NCBI GenBank assembly: GCA_902602185.1
Contig: CACKPV010000001.1
Location: 46,785-110,784 of the forward strand
From: an uncultured SAR86 cluster bacterium
GTDB lineage: Bacteria; Pseudomonadota; Gammaproteobacteria; Magnimaribacterales; D2472
Direction: 5' to 3'
DNA length: 64,000 bases
A model generated the notes under the pieces. That model searched no databases. It worked only from the letters and a program-made list of their open reading frames with translations, and had not been told where the DNA came from. The translations under genes and the position numbers were made by a program. Positions 20,441 to 30,199 of the stretch are shown here, one piece after another (within the stretch, counting starts at the first letter, position 1; each line of letters opens with the position of its first letter).

Positions 20441-21364
20441 TTAATTAGCTCTGGGTCCAAGATGTCTTTGATGTCTTTGCTTAGCTAGATCTATTTGTTT
20501 TTGTCTGCTTCTATATCTTGCTTTTTGTTTTTCAGTTTTGACGCTATAACAATGAGGGCAAGATACTCCTTTAACATAGTGCGAAGAGGTTTTATCAGCA
20601 TCAGTGATTGGCATTCTACAACCATGGCATAAATCATATGATCCCTCAGATAAGTCATGTTTCACAGAAACCCTATCATCAAAAACAAAACACTCCCCTT
20701 CCCATAAACTCTCGTCTTCGGTGGTTTCCTCAAGATACTTTAAGATACCCCCATGTAAGTGGTATACATGCTCAAAGCCTTCAGACTTCATTAAAGAGGA
20801 AGCTTTCTCACATCTTATGCCTCCAGTACAGAACATTGCTATTTTTTTATTATTTTTATCATCCTCAGAGAATTTTTGACTTTCTAACCATTGAGGAAAT
20901 TCCCTAAACTTTGTTGTTTTGGGGTTGATTGCATTCTTAAAGGTTCCAATGGAATTTTCATAATTATTTCTAGTATCAATAATCAAAGTATCTTTATCTG
21001 CAATAAGAGCATTCCAATCTTTGGCATTGACATATTCACCCACCTGAGAGTTGGGATTGATTGATGGATCACCAATAGTGACAATTTCTTTTTTTAATTT
21101 TATTTTTAAACGAATGAATGGGTTAACCTCAGATTGCGAAAACTTAATATCTAAGTTTTCTAAATCAAGTATTTGTTTTAAGAATTCAATGGCTTGAAGT
21201 AATTTAGTTTCCTTTTCTGCACTAATAGTTCCATTGATGCCTTCGTGTCCAATTAAAATAGTTCCAGTAATCGATAATTCCTCTAACTTTTCGGCAATCG
21301 ACTGTCGTATAGGATGCGGTTCCAAAATCTCTGTAAATTGATATAAAGCTGCTATGTAATTCAT
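20441..21364 (-). CDS. trhO: rhodanese-domain tRNA U34 hydroxylase TrhO/YceA family
   Basis: YceA-like N-terminal domain, rhodanese active-site CTGGIRCE, and a C-terminal Cys-rich tail (CHGC...CPHC). Start set to Met17 (MNYIAALYQF) because the longer form overlaps tRNA-Arg. Confidence 0.8.
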   Translation of the reverse strand: MNYIAALYQFTEILEPHPIRQSIAEKLEELSITGTILIGHEGINGTISAEKETKLLQAIEFLKQILDLENLDIKFSQSEVNPFIRLKIKLKKEIVTIGDPSINPNSQVGEYVNAKDWNALIADKDTLIIDTRNNYENSIGTFKNAINPKTTKFREFPQWLESQKFSEDDKNNKKIAMFCTGGIRCEKASSLMKSEGFEHVYHLHGGILKYLEETTEDESLWEGECFVFDDRVSVKHDLSEGSYDLCHGCRMPITDADKTSSHYVKGVSCPHCYSVKTEKQKARYRSRQKQIDLAKQRHQRHLGPRAN

Positions 21365-21377
21365 TTTATAAAATAAA

Positions 21378-21454
<77 letters not shown>

Positions 21455-21456
21455 AC

Positions 21457-21533
21457 TGGTCGGGGTAGTAGGATTTGAACCTACGACCACTCGCTCCCAA
21501 AGCGAGTGCGCTACCAGACTGCGCTATACCCCG
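21457..21533 (-). tRNA. tRNA-Pro (TGG)
   Basis: 77-nt cloverleaf. Anticodon loop TTTGGGA, T-loop TTCAAAT, encoded CCA. It lies 2 nt from tRNA-Arg. Confidence 0.9.
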
Positions 21534-21612
21534 ATTGCAGGAAATCTTAAAGTTTATAGTCTAAATAATCAATGTTCATTGAAAAAATATTAGTTAATGA
21601 GAAAATAACAAT

Positions 21613-22452
21613 ATGTCTTCTAAAATTCTTGATGGGCGAAAAATTGCTGCTGAAACTGAACAAAAAATAACTCAAGAAGTTGCTTTGCTCTCAAATAAGG
21701 GGATTAAACCTACACTAGCAACCATCCTTGTGGGCAATGATCCTGCTTCTGAAACTTATGTAAAGATGAAACAAAATACTTGTGCAAGGGTTGGTATGGA
21801 ATCCAAAGCTATCAACCTAAGTGATAACACTTCGACACAAGAATTATTGAAAGTGATTCAAGATCTGAATAATGATAATGGAGTGCATGGAATCCTCTTG
21901 CAACATCCAGTACCGCAACAAATTGATGAAAGAAAGTGTTTTGATGCCATTAATCCTGCTAAAGATGTAGATGGTGTCACAAGTGCTGGATTCGGAGCAA
22001 TGTCAATGGGTTTGTCTGCCTACGGTTCTTGCACGCCTGCAGGCATCATGCGAATGCTTGAATACTACGAAATTGATTTAACAGGTCTTCATGCTGTGGT
22101 AGTTGGTCGGAGTCCCATATTGGGTAAGCCCATGGCGATGATGTTATTAAATGCTAATGCGACCGTAACTATTTGCCATTCCAGAACACAAAACCTCGAA
22201 TGTAGAGTAAAAGAAGCTGATCTCGTCGTTGGCGCGGTTGGCATTCCAAATTTTATACAACGAAATTGGTTAAAACATAACGTAATTGTCATTGATGCTG
22301 GATATCACCCCCAACAGTGTGGTGATGTAGATTTAGAGGGAATTGAAAATATAGCATCTTTTCATACTCCAGTTCCTGGTGGGGTTGGGCCTATGACAAT
22401 AAATACCCTGATCTTGCAAACTTTAAGAGCAGCGCAAAAAGCTAGTCTTTAG
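21613..22452 (+). CDS. folD: bifunctional methylenetetrahydrofolate dehydrogenase/cyclohydrolase
   Basis: 279 aa with FolD blocks [25 protein letters not shown] and [10 protein letters not shown]. Confidence 0.95.
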   Translation: MSSKILDGRKIAAETEQKITQEVALLSNKGIKPTLATILVGNDPASETYVKMKQNTCARVGMESKAINLSDNTSTQELLKVIQDLNNDNGVHGILLQHPVPQQIDERKCFDAINPAKDVDGVTSAGFGAMSMGLSAYGSCTPAGIMRMLEYYEIDLTGLHAVVVGRSPILGKPMAMMLLNANATVTICHSRTQNLECRVKEADLVVGAVGIPNFIQRNWLKHNVIVIDAGYHPQQCGDVDLEGIENIASFHTPVPGGVGPMTINTLILQTLRAAQKASL

Positions 22453-22831
22453 AATTTTCGGAGGGATTTACAGATTCCTCTTTATCTTCTTGAATATCTT
22501 CTAAATCTTGTTCCAAATCCTCGTCTAAATCATCTATTGGATCATCAGTGACTAGCTCTGAAGTTTCAATATCATTGAACGGAAATGGTGGGTCTTCACT
22601 TTGAAAAAGTAAAAAATTAACAATTTGTATGGTAAATAAGATTAACCAATTACAAACTTTATCCAGACGTTCGTTCACAGTTCCTGTAAACAAATAAAAT
22701 AAAAATTGAAGTAGGCTAAACCCAAAGAGAAAGGGAATGCTAAAATTAAAAATGACTGCATAGATAAGCATATAGACAAATCTTGCCCATTTACTTCGCT
22801 TAGTTAGTTCATTCCTGTCAATTGGTTCCAT
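22442..22831 (-). CDS. small membrane protein with strongly acidic C-terminal tail (recalled resemblance to DUF4389)
   Basis: 129 aa with two or three hydrophobic helices, then PPFPF and a D/E-rich tail. The family name is from memory only. Confidence 0.55.
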   Translation of the reverse strand: MEPIDRNELTKRSKWARFVYMLIYAVIFNFSIPFLFGFSLLQFLFYLFTGTVNERLDKVCNWLILFTIQIVNFLLFQSEDPPFPFNDIETSELVTDDPIDDLDEDLEQDLEDIQEDKEESVNPSENSKD

Positions 22832-22833
22832 TG

Positions 22834-23844
22834 TTAAAATTTTACATCAACATTATCAGAATGCATGATTAATTGCTTTAAAAGTGAATTTTTTTCATTC
22901 TTTTTATAAATAATGCCATGCATTGCCTCAAGCAGAGGCATTTTGATATCAAGGTCATCGATTTCTGCTTGCACTATTTCCAAAGTATTCAAACCTTCTG
23001 CGACCTGTCCCACTGTTTCTTTAGCCTCTTTGAGAGTTAATCCATTACCTAAAGCCCAGCCTAGTTGATAATTGCGGGATAATTTAGAAAAACAAGTTGC
23101 TACCAAATCTCCAACCCCAGCTAAACCAAGAAATGTTGAAAAACTTGCTCCTTTGATTTTGGCAAATTGTCCCATTTCCGCAAGAGCTCTTGTTAAGATT
23201 AAACCAATGGCATTTTCTCCCACATCAACAGCATGACAATATCCAGAAATGATTGCATAAATATTCTTTAATGCTCCTGCCAGTTCAACTCCTTGCATGT
23301 CTTCACTCATAAAAATTTTAAAATTTTCCGAACTAAGTGCCTTATCAACTTCGGCTCTTAAAACACTGCTTGCACTTGCGATGACAGCACCCGCAGTTTT
23401 TTTCTGAGCTATTTCTCTAGCTAAATTTGGCCCACTGAGCGCACCAATAGTAATTCCCTGATGTTCAGATAATTCATCAAGAATTATCTCCGAGATGGTC
23501 ATACAAGGATCCCCCTCTAACCCTTTGGTGCAAGACACAATCAATGTTTCATTGGTTATAAAATCTTTCATACGTTGGACAACGCTGCGAATTGTTTTAC
23601 TGGGAGTGGCAATAAAAATAAGGCTAGCATCCTTAAGTACTTCATCCATTTTTTCTGAGGCAATAATATTGGGAGATAAACTTAACTCCGGATGATATTT
23701 CATATTTTTCCCTTCAGAGTTAATTCTTAATGCATGTTCAGTATCTTTGACCCACAGATAAGTTTGAAAGTTATTTTGTGCAGCTTGATTAGCAAGGACA
23801 GTACCAAAGCTGCCCCCACCTAAAACTGCAATTTTTTTACTCAC
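22834..23844 (-). CDS. gpsA: NAD(P)H-dependent glycerol-3-phosphate dehydrogenase
   Basis: 336 aa with N-terminal GGGSFGT dinucleotide fold and GpsA blocks GPNLAREI and NALKNIYAI-like (GALKNIYAI). Confidence 0.93.
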   Translation of the reverse strand: MSKKIAVLGGGSFGTVLANQAAQNNFQTYLWVKDTEHALRINSEGKNMKYHPELSLSPNIIASEKMDEVLKDASLIFIATPSKTIRSVVQRMKDFITNETLIVSCTKGLEGDPCMTISEIILDELSEHQGITIGALSGPNLAREIAQKKTAGAVIASASSVLRAEVDKALSSENFKIFMSEDMQGVELAGALKNIYAIISGYCHAVDVGENAIGLILTRALAEMGQFAKIKGASFSTFLGLAGVGDLVATCFSKLSRNYQLGWALGNGLTLKEAKETVGQVAEGLNTLEIVQAEIDDLDIKMPLLEAMHGIIYKKNEKNSLLKQLIMHSDNVDVKF

Positions 23845-25664
23845 GATTTAGCAGATAAATATTTATCAAGTTGTCGTAAATATTTTGAGGGATTTTTTGG
23901 GGAACCTCCCTCAGCTATTACCGCATAATCAAAGAGAAAATCGACAAAATTGTTAAATTCTTTCTTGGGCAAGTCTTTTAATTTTTTAATGAGTTTGTGT
24001 GTCATGTTAATCTCAAAAATGGGTACAGATTCTCCCAATTTTTGTCCAGCAGCCTCCAAAATTTTACGTAACTGTATCCCTGGTTCATTCTGATTTAACA
24101 CTAAACAACAAGCAGAATCTTTTAAGCGCGAACTCGGTAATACTTCTGAGACTCGGTCACCTAAATGCAGTTTAATTTTTTCTAGCAATGCTTGTTGAGT
24201 TTTACTTGGTTTAGGCTTATCGCTGTCAGATGCAAAAGATTTGGCCACATTGACCAAGGGCTTATCTTTGTAGGCAACCAAAGTTGTCATTAACCATTCA
24301 TCAATACGATCTGTTAGTAAGAGCACTTCTTTATTTTCTGCCTTCATTTTTTCTAAATGCGGGGAGTTAATGGCAGCTTCAAAGGTGTCCGCAACACAAA
24401 AATAAATATCATTTTGATCGGATGGCATCCTTTGAAGATAGTCATCTAAAGTTTCTTTCACCTCATGCGTTTCATTTCTGGATGTGGCAAAGAGCATTAA
24501 ACTGGCAATAGCTTCCCTATTTTCAAAATCTTCTGCAGGCCCTTCTTTTAGCACAAGACCAAAACTGTTCCAAAAGTCTAAATACTCTTCAAATGCATTA
24601 TCTTTAAGATACTGTAAAGCATCCAATATCCTTTTGGTGGAGGCCTTTTTTATGGAACCTACAAGCGGATGATCTTGAAGAATCTCTCTGGAAACATTCA
24701 GAGGTAAATCATTAGAATCAATAACCCCTCTCACAAATCTCAAATATAAGGGAAGAAAATGTTCAGCATCATCCATGATAAACACCCTTTGAACATACAA
24801 TTTGATACCTCTGGGTGACTCACGATTCCATAAATCAAATGGTGCATGTTTTGGAATGTACAAAAGATTGGTATATTCATGATTTCCTTCGACACGATTG
24901 TGTACATGGACAAGAGGGTCATCTTGGTCAGCTGTAAGAAATTTATAAAAGTTATTGTATTCTTCATCGCTTAAAGAGTTCTTGGGTTTCAACCATAGTG
25001 CTTCTTCTTCATTCAGTGTAACTTCAGCACCGGCATCATCTATCCTGATTGGGAAATTAATATATTGGGAGTATTTGCTAATTAGATTTTTTATTTCAAA
25101 GGAATTGGTAAAATTTTTGTTCTCTTCTTTTAAATAGACTATGACATCAGTACCGCAGGTTTCTTTATCGACTTCTTTAAGGATATATTTCTCATCTCCA
25201 CTACTTTCCCAGTGAATAGCTTGGGCAGATTTTGAAAGAGCTGATTTAGAAATTACTACGACCTTCTTGGCAACCATAAATGCTGAATAAAAGCCAACTC
25301 CAAATTGACCGATGAGGTTGGAATCTTTTTTCTTATCTCCGGTCAATTTTTTTAAAAATTCTGACGTTCCAGATCGAGCAATTGTTCCCAGGTTTTGCAC
25401 TATCTCATCTTCATTCATACCGATACCGTTATCAGATATCTTGATAACAGAGTTTTCCTCATCAAGCTCGATCTTAATACCAAGGTTTTGAGAACGCTCA
25501 GCTAACCGAGAATTGGTGAGTGCCCTAAAACGCAGTTTATCCAAAGCATCAGAGGCATTTGAGATTAGCTCCCGCACAAATACTTCCTTATTGGAATAGA
25601 GCGAGTGAATCATCAACTGCAATAATTGAGTGGTTTCGGTTTGAAATTTTTTCGTTTTAGCCAT
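23841..25664 (-). CDS. htpG: molecular chaperone HtpG (Hsp90)
   Basis: 607 aa with the GHKL ATPase N-domain (ELISNASDALDK, GQFGVGFYS). 4-nt overlap with gpsA. Confidence 0.96.
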   Translation of the reverse strand: MAKTKKFQTETTQLLQLMIHSLYSNKEVFVRELISNASDALDKLRFRALTNSRLAERSQNLGIKIELDEENSVIKISDNGIGMNEDEIVQNLGTIARSGTSEFLKKLTGDKKKDSNLIGQFGVGFYSAFMVAKKVVVISKSALSKSAQAIHWESSGDEKYILKEVDKETCGTDVIVYLKEENKNFTNSFEIKNLISKYSQYINFPIRIDDAGAEVTLNEEEALWLKPKNSLSDEEYNNFYKFLTADQDDPLVHVHNRVEGNHEYTNLLYIPKHAPFDLWNRESPRGIKLYVQRVFIMDDAEHFLPLYLRFVRGVIDSNDLPLNVSREILQDHPLVGSIKKASTKRILDALQYLKDNAFEEYLDFWNSFGLVLKEGPAEDFENREAIASLMLFATSRNETHEVKETLDDYLQRMPSDQNDIYFCVADTFEAAINSPHLEKMKAENKEVLLLTDRIDEWLMTTLVAYKDKPLVNVAKSFASDSDKPKPSKTQQALLEKIKLHLGDRVSEVLPSSRLKDSACCLVLNQNEPGIQLRKILEAAGQKLGESVPIFEINMTHKLIKKLKDLPKKEFNNFVDFLFDYAVIAEGGSPKNPSKYLRQLDKYLSAKS

Positions 25665-25672
25665 GAAAACTC

Positions 25673-26083
25673 CTAATTACTCAGACTGATCCGAATAATT
25701 TCGGTCAGTGCAAAAATAAATATAGAAAGTGTAAGATAAATGGTGAGTTTTTCAAAAAAACTCCCGGTTTTTATCCAGTTTCGATCTCGTGCTAAATTCA
25801 TAATAGGCACTGATAACCAGCCGACCAAGGCAAAAGAAGAATTTACCCCAGCCATAATGATAAAACTGCGTTCAAGAAATAAAAATGTTATAAGTACAGC
25901 CAGCAAACTAAAGAGCAATAGCACAAAAAAGAACCTAGTTAATATTTTCCTTTGGAATCTGATAGCCGAAGTATCGTCTAGAATTTGAAAAATTGTGGGG
26001 TATGTAAGCAAATAATGTCCTGAAATAATCCCAATAATAAGGGCATAATCAATTGAAAGAAGAATTGCTATTATTGTTTCCAT
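25673..26083 (-). CDS. hypothetical 4-TM membrane protein
   Basis: 136-aa hydrophobic ORF lying 8 nt upstream of htpG and 6 nt downstream of tRNA-Asp. No family recognised. Confidence 0.5.
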   Translation of the reverse strand: METIIAILLSIDYALIIGIISGHYLLTYPTIFQILDDTSAIRFQRKILTRFFFVLLLFSLLAVLITFLFLERSFIIMAGVNSSFALVGWLSVPIMNLARDRNWIKTGSFFEKLTIYLTLSIFIFALTEIIRISLSN

Positions 26084-26089
26084 ATCTAG

Positions 26090-26167
26090 TGGCGGACCGG
26101 ACGGGACTCGAACCCGCGACCTCCGGCGTGACAGGCCGGCATTCTAACCAAACTGAACTACCGGTCC
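26090..26167 (-). tRNA. tRNA-Asp (GTC)
   Basis: 78-nt cloverleaf. Anticodon loop CTGTCAC, T-loop TTCGAGT, encoded CCA. Confidence 0.9.
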
Positions 26168-26222
26168 GCGAAAATAGTATTTGCGCATAATATCTGGTTC
26201 TAAAAATACTTCAAGTCAAACT

Positions 26223-26299
26223 TGGTGGGTGATGACAGGCTCGAACTGCCGACCCCCTCGGTGTAAACGAGATGCTCTACCAAACTGAGCTAATCACCC
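26223..26299 (-). tRNA. tRNA-Val (TAC)
   Basis: 77-nt cloverleaf. Acceptor GGGTGAT/ATCACCC, anticodon loop TTTACAC, encoded CCA. Confidence 0.9.
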
Positions 26300-26349
26300 A
26301 AGAGTTGTATTATATTGATAAATTACTCTGCTACAAAAGAAATTTTAAA

Positions 26350-27234
26350 CTAATTTATAGTTAAGTTTCTTGCTAAATAAATTCCTGAAAAAACAATAAG
26401 GGCAAAAATAATTTGAATTAATGAAAGATACTCTGCAAAAATAAAAGCAGCAAACAAAACCGCTGTTACCGGTTGCATTAATAGCCCAATTGATCCAGCA
26501 GAAGCATTAATACGAGCAATACTGAATGTAATTAAGAACACACCTATAACCTGACAAATTATGGCAAGGCTAAGCATATTTACCCACTCTGAGGCATTCA
26601 AAGGTGCTTGAGGTACAAATGAATTTTCAAACAATCCACTAAGAAAAGCAAAAAAGCAGCAAAACGAGGTTGTTAAAAAAATGACAGTCAACGCTTGCTC
26701 ATGGCCAAGACGAGAGATCATAACTAAGTAAATGGCATAAAACATGGATGCAAGAATACAGATTAGATCTCCATACAAACTTCCTTCTTGATAACTTGAA
26801 GAAAAAAAGGTGAGACCAAAGACTCCTATAAACGTGGTAATTAAGGCTATGAAGAAATGTATGGAAAATTTCTCATTAAAAAACATAAAGTAAATCATTG
26901 CGACAAAAATGGGAGCAATGTTAATAATAATAGTTGCATTAGCAATCGAAGTGATATGAATGCTGTAATGCCACAGAATTAAATCGAGTGAAAAAGCAAA
27001 ACTCCCCCAAAAAGCTATCAATAGAGTTTGAGAGGGGTCTTTGATCACAAAAAAAAATTTTTTATTCCACAAAAGATTTATCAAAATTAAAAAAGGAAGT
27101 GCCAGGAACATCCTCCAAAATAAAATCCATGACGGCATTAACTCACTTAACCTTACAAAAATTGGAGCCAAACCAATACATGCAGCACCGATTACAAGCA
27201 AAATAAAATAATTAGATTTAATTAAAAAGGACAT
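26350..27234 (-). CDS. EamA/DMT-superfamily transporter
   Basis: 294 aa with about 10 TM helices arranged as two EamA-like halves. Confidence 0.75.
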   Translation of the reverse strand: MSFLIKSNYFILLVIGAACIGLAPIFVRLSELMPSWILFWRMFLALPFLILINLLWNKKFFFVIKDPSQTLLIAFWGSFAFSLDLILWHYSIHITSIANATIIINIAPIFVAMIYFMFFNEKFSIHFFIALITTFIGVFGLTFFSSSYQEGSLYGDLICILASMFYAIYLVMISRLGHEQALTVIFLTTSFCCFFAFLSGLFENSFVPQAPLNASEWVNMLSLAIICQVIGVFLITFSIARINASAGSIGLLMQPVTAVLFAAFIFAEYLSLIQIIFALIVFSGIYLARNLTIN

Positions 27235-27250
27235 AGGATATACTCATATT

Positions 27251-28606
27251 ATGACCAGTATTTTAGATGAAAATCTTCAAGTAATCTCAGTAAGCGAATT
27301 AAATCTTAATGCTAGGAATATTTTAGAAAGTAAATTTCATAATGTAGCTATTTCTGGAGAGATTTCCAATTTTAATCACCATAGCTCAGGGCATATGTAC
27401 TTCTCATTAAAAGACGATGAAGCAAGTATTGGTTGTGCAATGTGGAAAGGAGTGAATGCAAGACTAAACTTTGCTCCAAAGAATGGAGATAAATGCATTG
27501 TGATGGGAAAAGTCAGTTTATTTACCAAGCGAGGTGATTATCAATTAATTGCAAATCGCATTCAGCTATCGGGTGTGGGTGATTTGTATCGTCAGTTCGA
27601 GGAATTAAAAAAGAAGTTATCATTAGAGGGTTTATTTGAGAAAACACAAAAAGCGTCCTTGCCCGAGCTGCCACAACATATTGCTGTAATAACCTCTTTA
27701 ACAACAGCAGCATTGCAAGATATCTTGACTACCATCAGACGACGAGCTCGGAATATCACCGTTACTGTAAGTCCTGCTCTGGTGCAAGGAGATCATGCTC
27801 CGGGATCGATAATTAATGCTTTGGATAACGTTCTGGCATATAACAAAGAAAATGATGAGATGCCAATTGAGTGTATTTTATTATGCAGAGGTGGTGGTTC
27901 ATATGAGGATTTATCTTGCTTTAATGATGAATTGTTAGCGCGCAAAATCTTCGAGTGCCCTATTCCCATTATCTCCGGTGTGGGTCATGAAATTGATTGG
28001 ACCATTGGTGATTATGTAGCTGATTTACGGGCTGCAACACCGACGGCTGCTGCTGAACTCATTACACAATCTCATTATGATCTGGAAAATAGATTACAGA
28101 AATATATTGAAACTCTTAAACAAAATATTGAAAACATTTTTAATATTAAATCGCAAGAATTTGATTACCTGCAAAGCAATTTAAAACATCCGCAAGCAGC
28201 ACTGAAAGAACAAGCAACCAAACTCGATTTTTTAGGTGAGCAACTCAAAATGCAATTGGTAAATATCATAAAATCCAAAACGTTAAGGCTAACAAACAAG
28301 CAATCTTCATTATTTATCAATACACCTAAGCATAATATTGTAAATTCAAAGAATCATCTGAAAACATTATCCAGTGAGATGCACCAACATATGGGTAACA
28401 AGATTGTTAAAGTAAAAAATCAATTAGCATTGGTAGCATCAGCAATTGAAACTGTGAGTCCAATCAGTGTGTTGGATCGAGGCTATTCGATTGTGACTGA
28501 TGCACAAGGCAAAATTGTTTCCGATGCTGACCAACTTAAAAATAAAGATAAAATCACCACGAGATTCGCAAAAAATTCGGTGACTTCGATCGTCAAAAAA
28601 ACATGA
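27251..28606 (+). CDS. xseA: exodeoxyribonuclease VII large subunit
   Basis: 451 aa with an N-terminal OB-fold block (GEISNF..HSSGHMYFSLKD), catalytic-region blocks RGGGSYEDL and GHEIDWT, and a long C-terminal helical region. Confidence 0.92.
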   Translation: MTSILDENLQVISVSELNLNARNILESKFHNVAISGEISNFNHHSSGHMYFSLKDDEASIGCAMWKGVNARLNFAPKNGDKCIVMGKVSLFTKRGDYQLIANRIQLSGVGDLYRQFEELKKKLSLEGLFEKTQKASLPELPQHIAVITSLTTAALQDILTTIRRRARNITVTVSPALVQGDHAPGSIINALDNVLAYNKENDEMPIECILLCRGGGSYEDLSCFNDELLARKIFECPIPIISGVGHEIDWTIGDYVADLRAATPTAAAELITQSHYDLENRLQKYIETLKQNIENIFNIKSQEFDYLQSNLKHPQAALKEQATKLDFLGEQLKMQLVNIIKSKTLRLTNKQSSLFINTPKHNIVNSKNHLKTLSSEMHQHMGNKIVKVKNQLALVASAIETVSPISVLDRGYSIVTDAQGKIVSDADQLKNKDKITTRFAKNSVTSIVKKT

Positions 28607-29385
28607 AGTATTTTGCTTTTTGTTGTCTCTTCGCAATTTCGGTTGTGGCAAAAGATTTTGTTGGCGAATCGGGAGGATTCATTGCAATTCCAGTCACTGG
28701 AGAGACCACAACCATGCCAACTTTTTCGACAAACGGGCAAAAGTTTCATTTGTATGGATTGCCTTATGTAGATGTGCAAACTGAACTCTCAATATTTGAC
28801 TCTAAAATTACAGTAAATCCAGTTGATTTTGGGGAATCAAGAATTACCATCACAAATACTGCTTTGGTAACCCCAAGCGCAGAAGATCAAAAAAGAAGCG
28901 CACAAGAATCAAAGCAACTGCGAAGTGTCTTATCCCGTAAATCTAATCTTACAGCTCACTCGGTAGATTTTTTACGGCCTGTTACAGGTGTCATAACAAG
29001 TCGGTATGGGAAAAAAAGATTTATCAATGACCTCCCGAGAGCACCCCACTTAGCATTAGATTTGGATGGAGAAATTGGTGACCCGATTATTGCTCCTCTT
29101 GATGGAAAAGTCATTTTGGTGGATAACTTTTTTTATGCTGGAAATTTTATAGTTCTCGATCATGGTAGTTCTATTTTTACCTCTTACAGTCATATGCATT
29201 CAACCGATGTTGTGGTTGGGCAATATGTAACTAAAGGGGAGAAAATAGGCACTGTGGGTTCTACCGGACGTGTCACCGGACCTCACCTTCACTGGACTGT
29301 CTACTTCAATGGTAATCGTGTAAATCCAGAAAAGTTAATAGAAGATGGGTTTATTGATACTCTTGTTGGAGAGAATCCAGAGTAG
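28603..29385 (+). CDS. M23 family metallopeptidase
   Basis: Signal peptide. M23/LytM motifs HLALD and GPHLHWTV. ATGA overlap with xseA. Confidence 0.85.
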   Translation: MKYFAFCCLFAISVVAKDFVGESGGFIAIPVTGETTTMPTFSTNGQKFHLYGLPYVDVQTELSIFDSKITVNPVDFGESRITITNTALVTPSAEDQKRSAQESKQLRSVLSRKSNLTAHSVDFLRPVTGVITSRYGKKRFINDLPRAPHLALDLDGEIGDPIIAPLDGKVILVDNFFYAGNFIVLDHGSSIFTSYSHMHSTDVVVGQYVTKGEKIGTVGSTGRVTGPHLHWTVYFNGNRVNPEKLIEDGFIDTLVGENPE

Positions 29386-29824
29386 TTTGAAGTGACTCTA
29401 ATGTCTGTGGTTTGAATAAACTGAGAACAACTTCACCACTAGGTTTGATAAAGTATGTTGCCGGGAGAGTTTGAGGCTTATCTATCCCCCAAATATCTTT
29501 TGGATACGTTGTAATAGATGGGACATTCACCCCAAATTTTTTAATAATTGGTCCTAGATAAGTTGCATCGAGATCATCTGGATTGTGAGCAAAAACAAAA
29601 ATATCTGGATTGTTATCCGAGAATTCAACAATTTCAGGCATTTCTTTGAGACAAGGGGGACACCAGTCTGCCCAATAGTTAATCACAACCCAGTGCTTAT
29701 TTAATTCATCTGAATACGCAGTACTTCCGTCGAAAAATTTTATATCCCCTTTACTACAAGCACTGACCAAGAGCATAATGATAAGCATACGTAATGAGTT
29801 TGTTAAAGGTTGAATTTTCATCAT
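29351..29824 (-). CDS. TlpA-like periplasmic thiol:disulfide oxidoreductase lipoprotein
   Basis: Thioredoxin fold with WCPPC and lipobox LLVSAC. Start set to the internal MM(K) at 29824/29821; the 43 upstream codons lack signal-peptide character. Confidence 0.75.
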   Translation of the reverse strand: MMKIQPLTNSLRMLIIMLLVSACSKGDIKFFDGSTAYSDELNKHWVVINYWADWCPPCLKEMPEIVEFSDNNPDIFVFAHNPDDLDATYLGPIIKKFGVNVPSITTYPKDIWGIDKPQTLPATYFIKPSGEVVLSLFKPQTLESLQTTLDSLQQEYQ

Positions 29825-30155
29825 GAATGTTTTTTTTAAATATCCCCAATCGACCATCATTTTAGTGTCTATTCTTGTTTCTCTTAAATTGGTAGCAAAG
29901 TTTATATTTTCAATACCAATTTTTGTTTTTTTGCTCTGGAGCACACCTCTCATAGTATATGCTTTTCTTCTTAGAAGTTTGGATATTCGCTATTTTCAAA
30001 CGTTTGCTTTCTTACTCCTCATTTATTTTATGTTTGCTTCACTGAGAGTATTTGGGATGTCCACTCCTGCTGTAATTGATATTTTTATTTTTGTTTTTAT
30101 TGTCTTTCTTTTTATTAATGTGGCTTTGGCGCCTAAAAAAATTCGCTCGATATAA
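29823..30155 (+). CDS. small hydrophobic membrane protein (hypothetical; faint recalled resemblance to DUF2069)
   Basis: 110-aa ORF with three or four hydrophobic segments filling the gap before sppA. Its ATG overlaps the divergent TlpA-like start, so the start is uncertain. Confidence 0.4.
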   Translation: MNVFFKYPQSTIILVSILVSLKLVAKFIFSIPIFVFLLWSTPLIVYAFLLRSLDIRYFQTFAFLLLIYFMFASLRVFGMSTPAVIDIFIFVFIVFLFINVALAPKKIRSI

Positions 30156-30199
30156 ATTTTTTCCTTTTGTTATTTAGACTTTTCCCATAGAATTACTAA

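Noticed and set aside
21534-21612. Possible riboswitch upstream of folD (ZTP type). The purM (34247-34275) and TonB receptor (58108-58214) leaders were also considered.
   Set aside because: The leaders are short and AT-rich, and they lack the GC-rich conserved cores of the ZTP, purine or cobalamin riboswitches as I know them.
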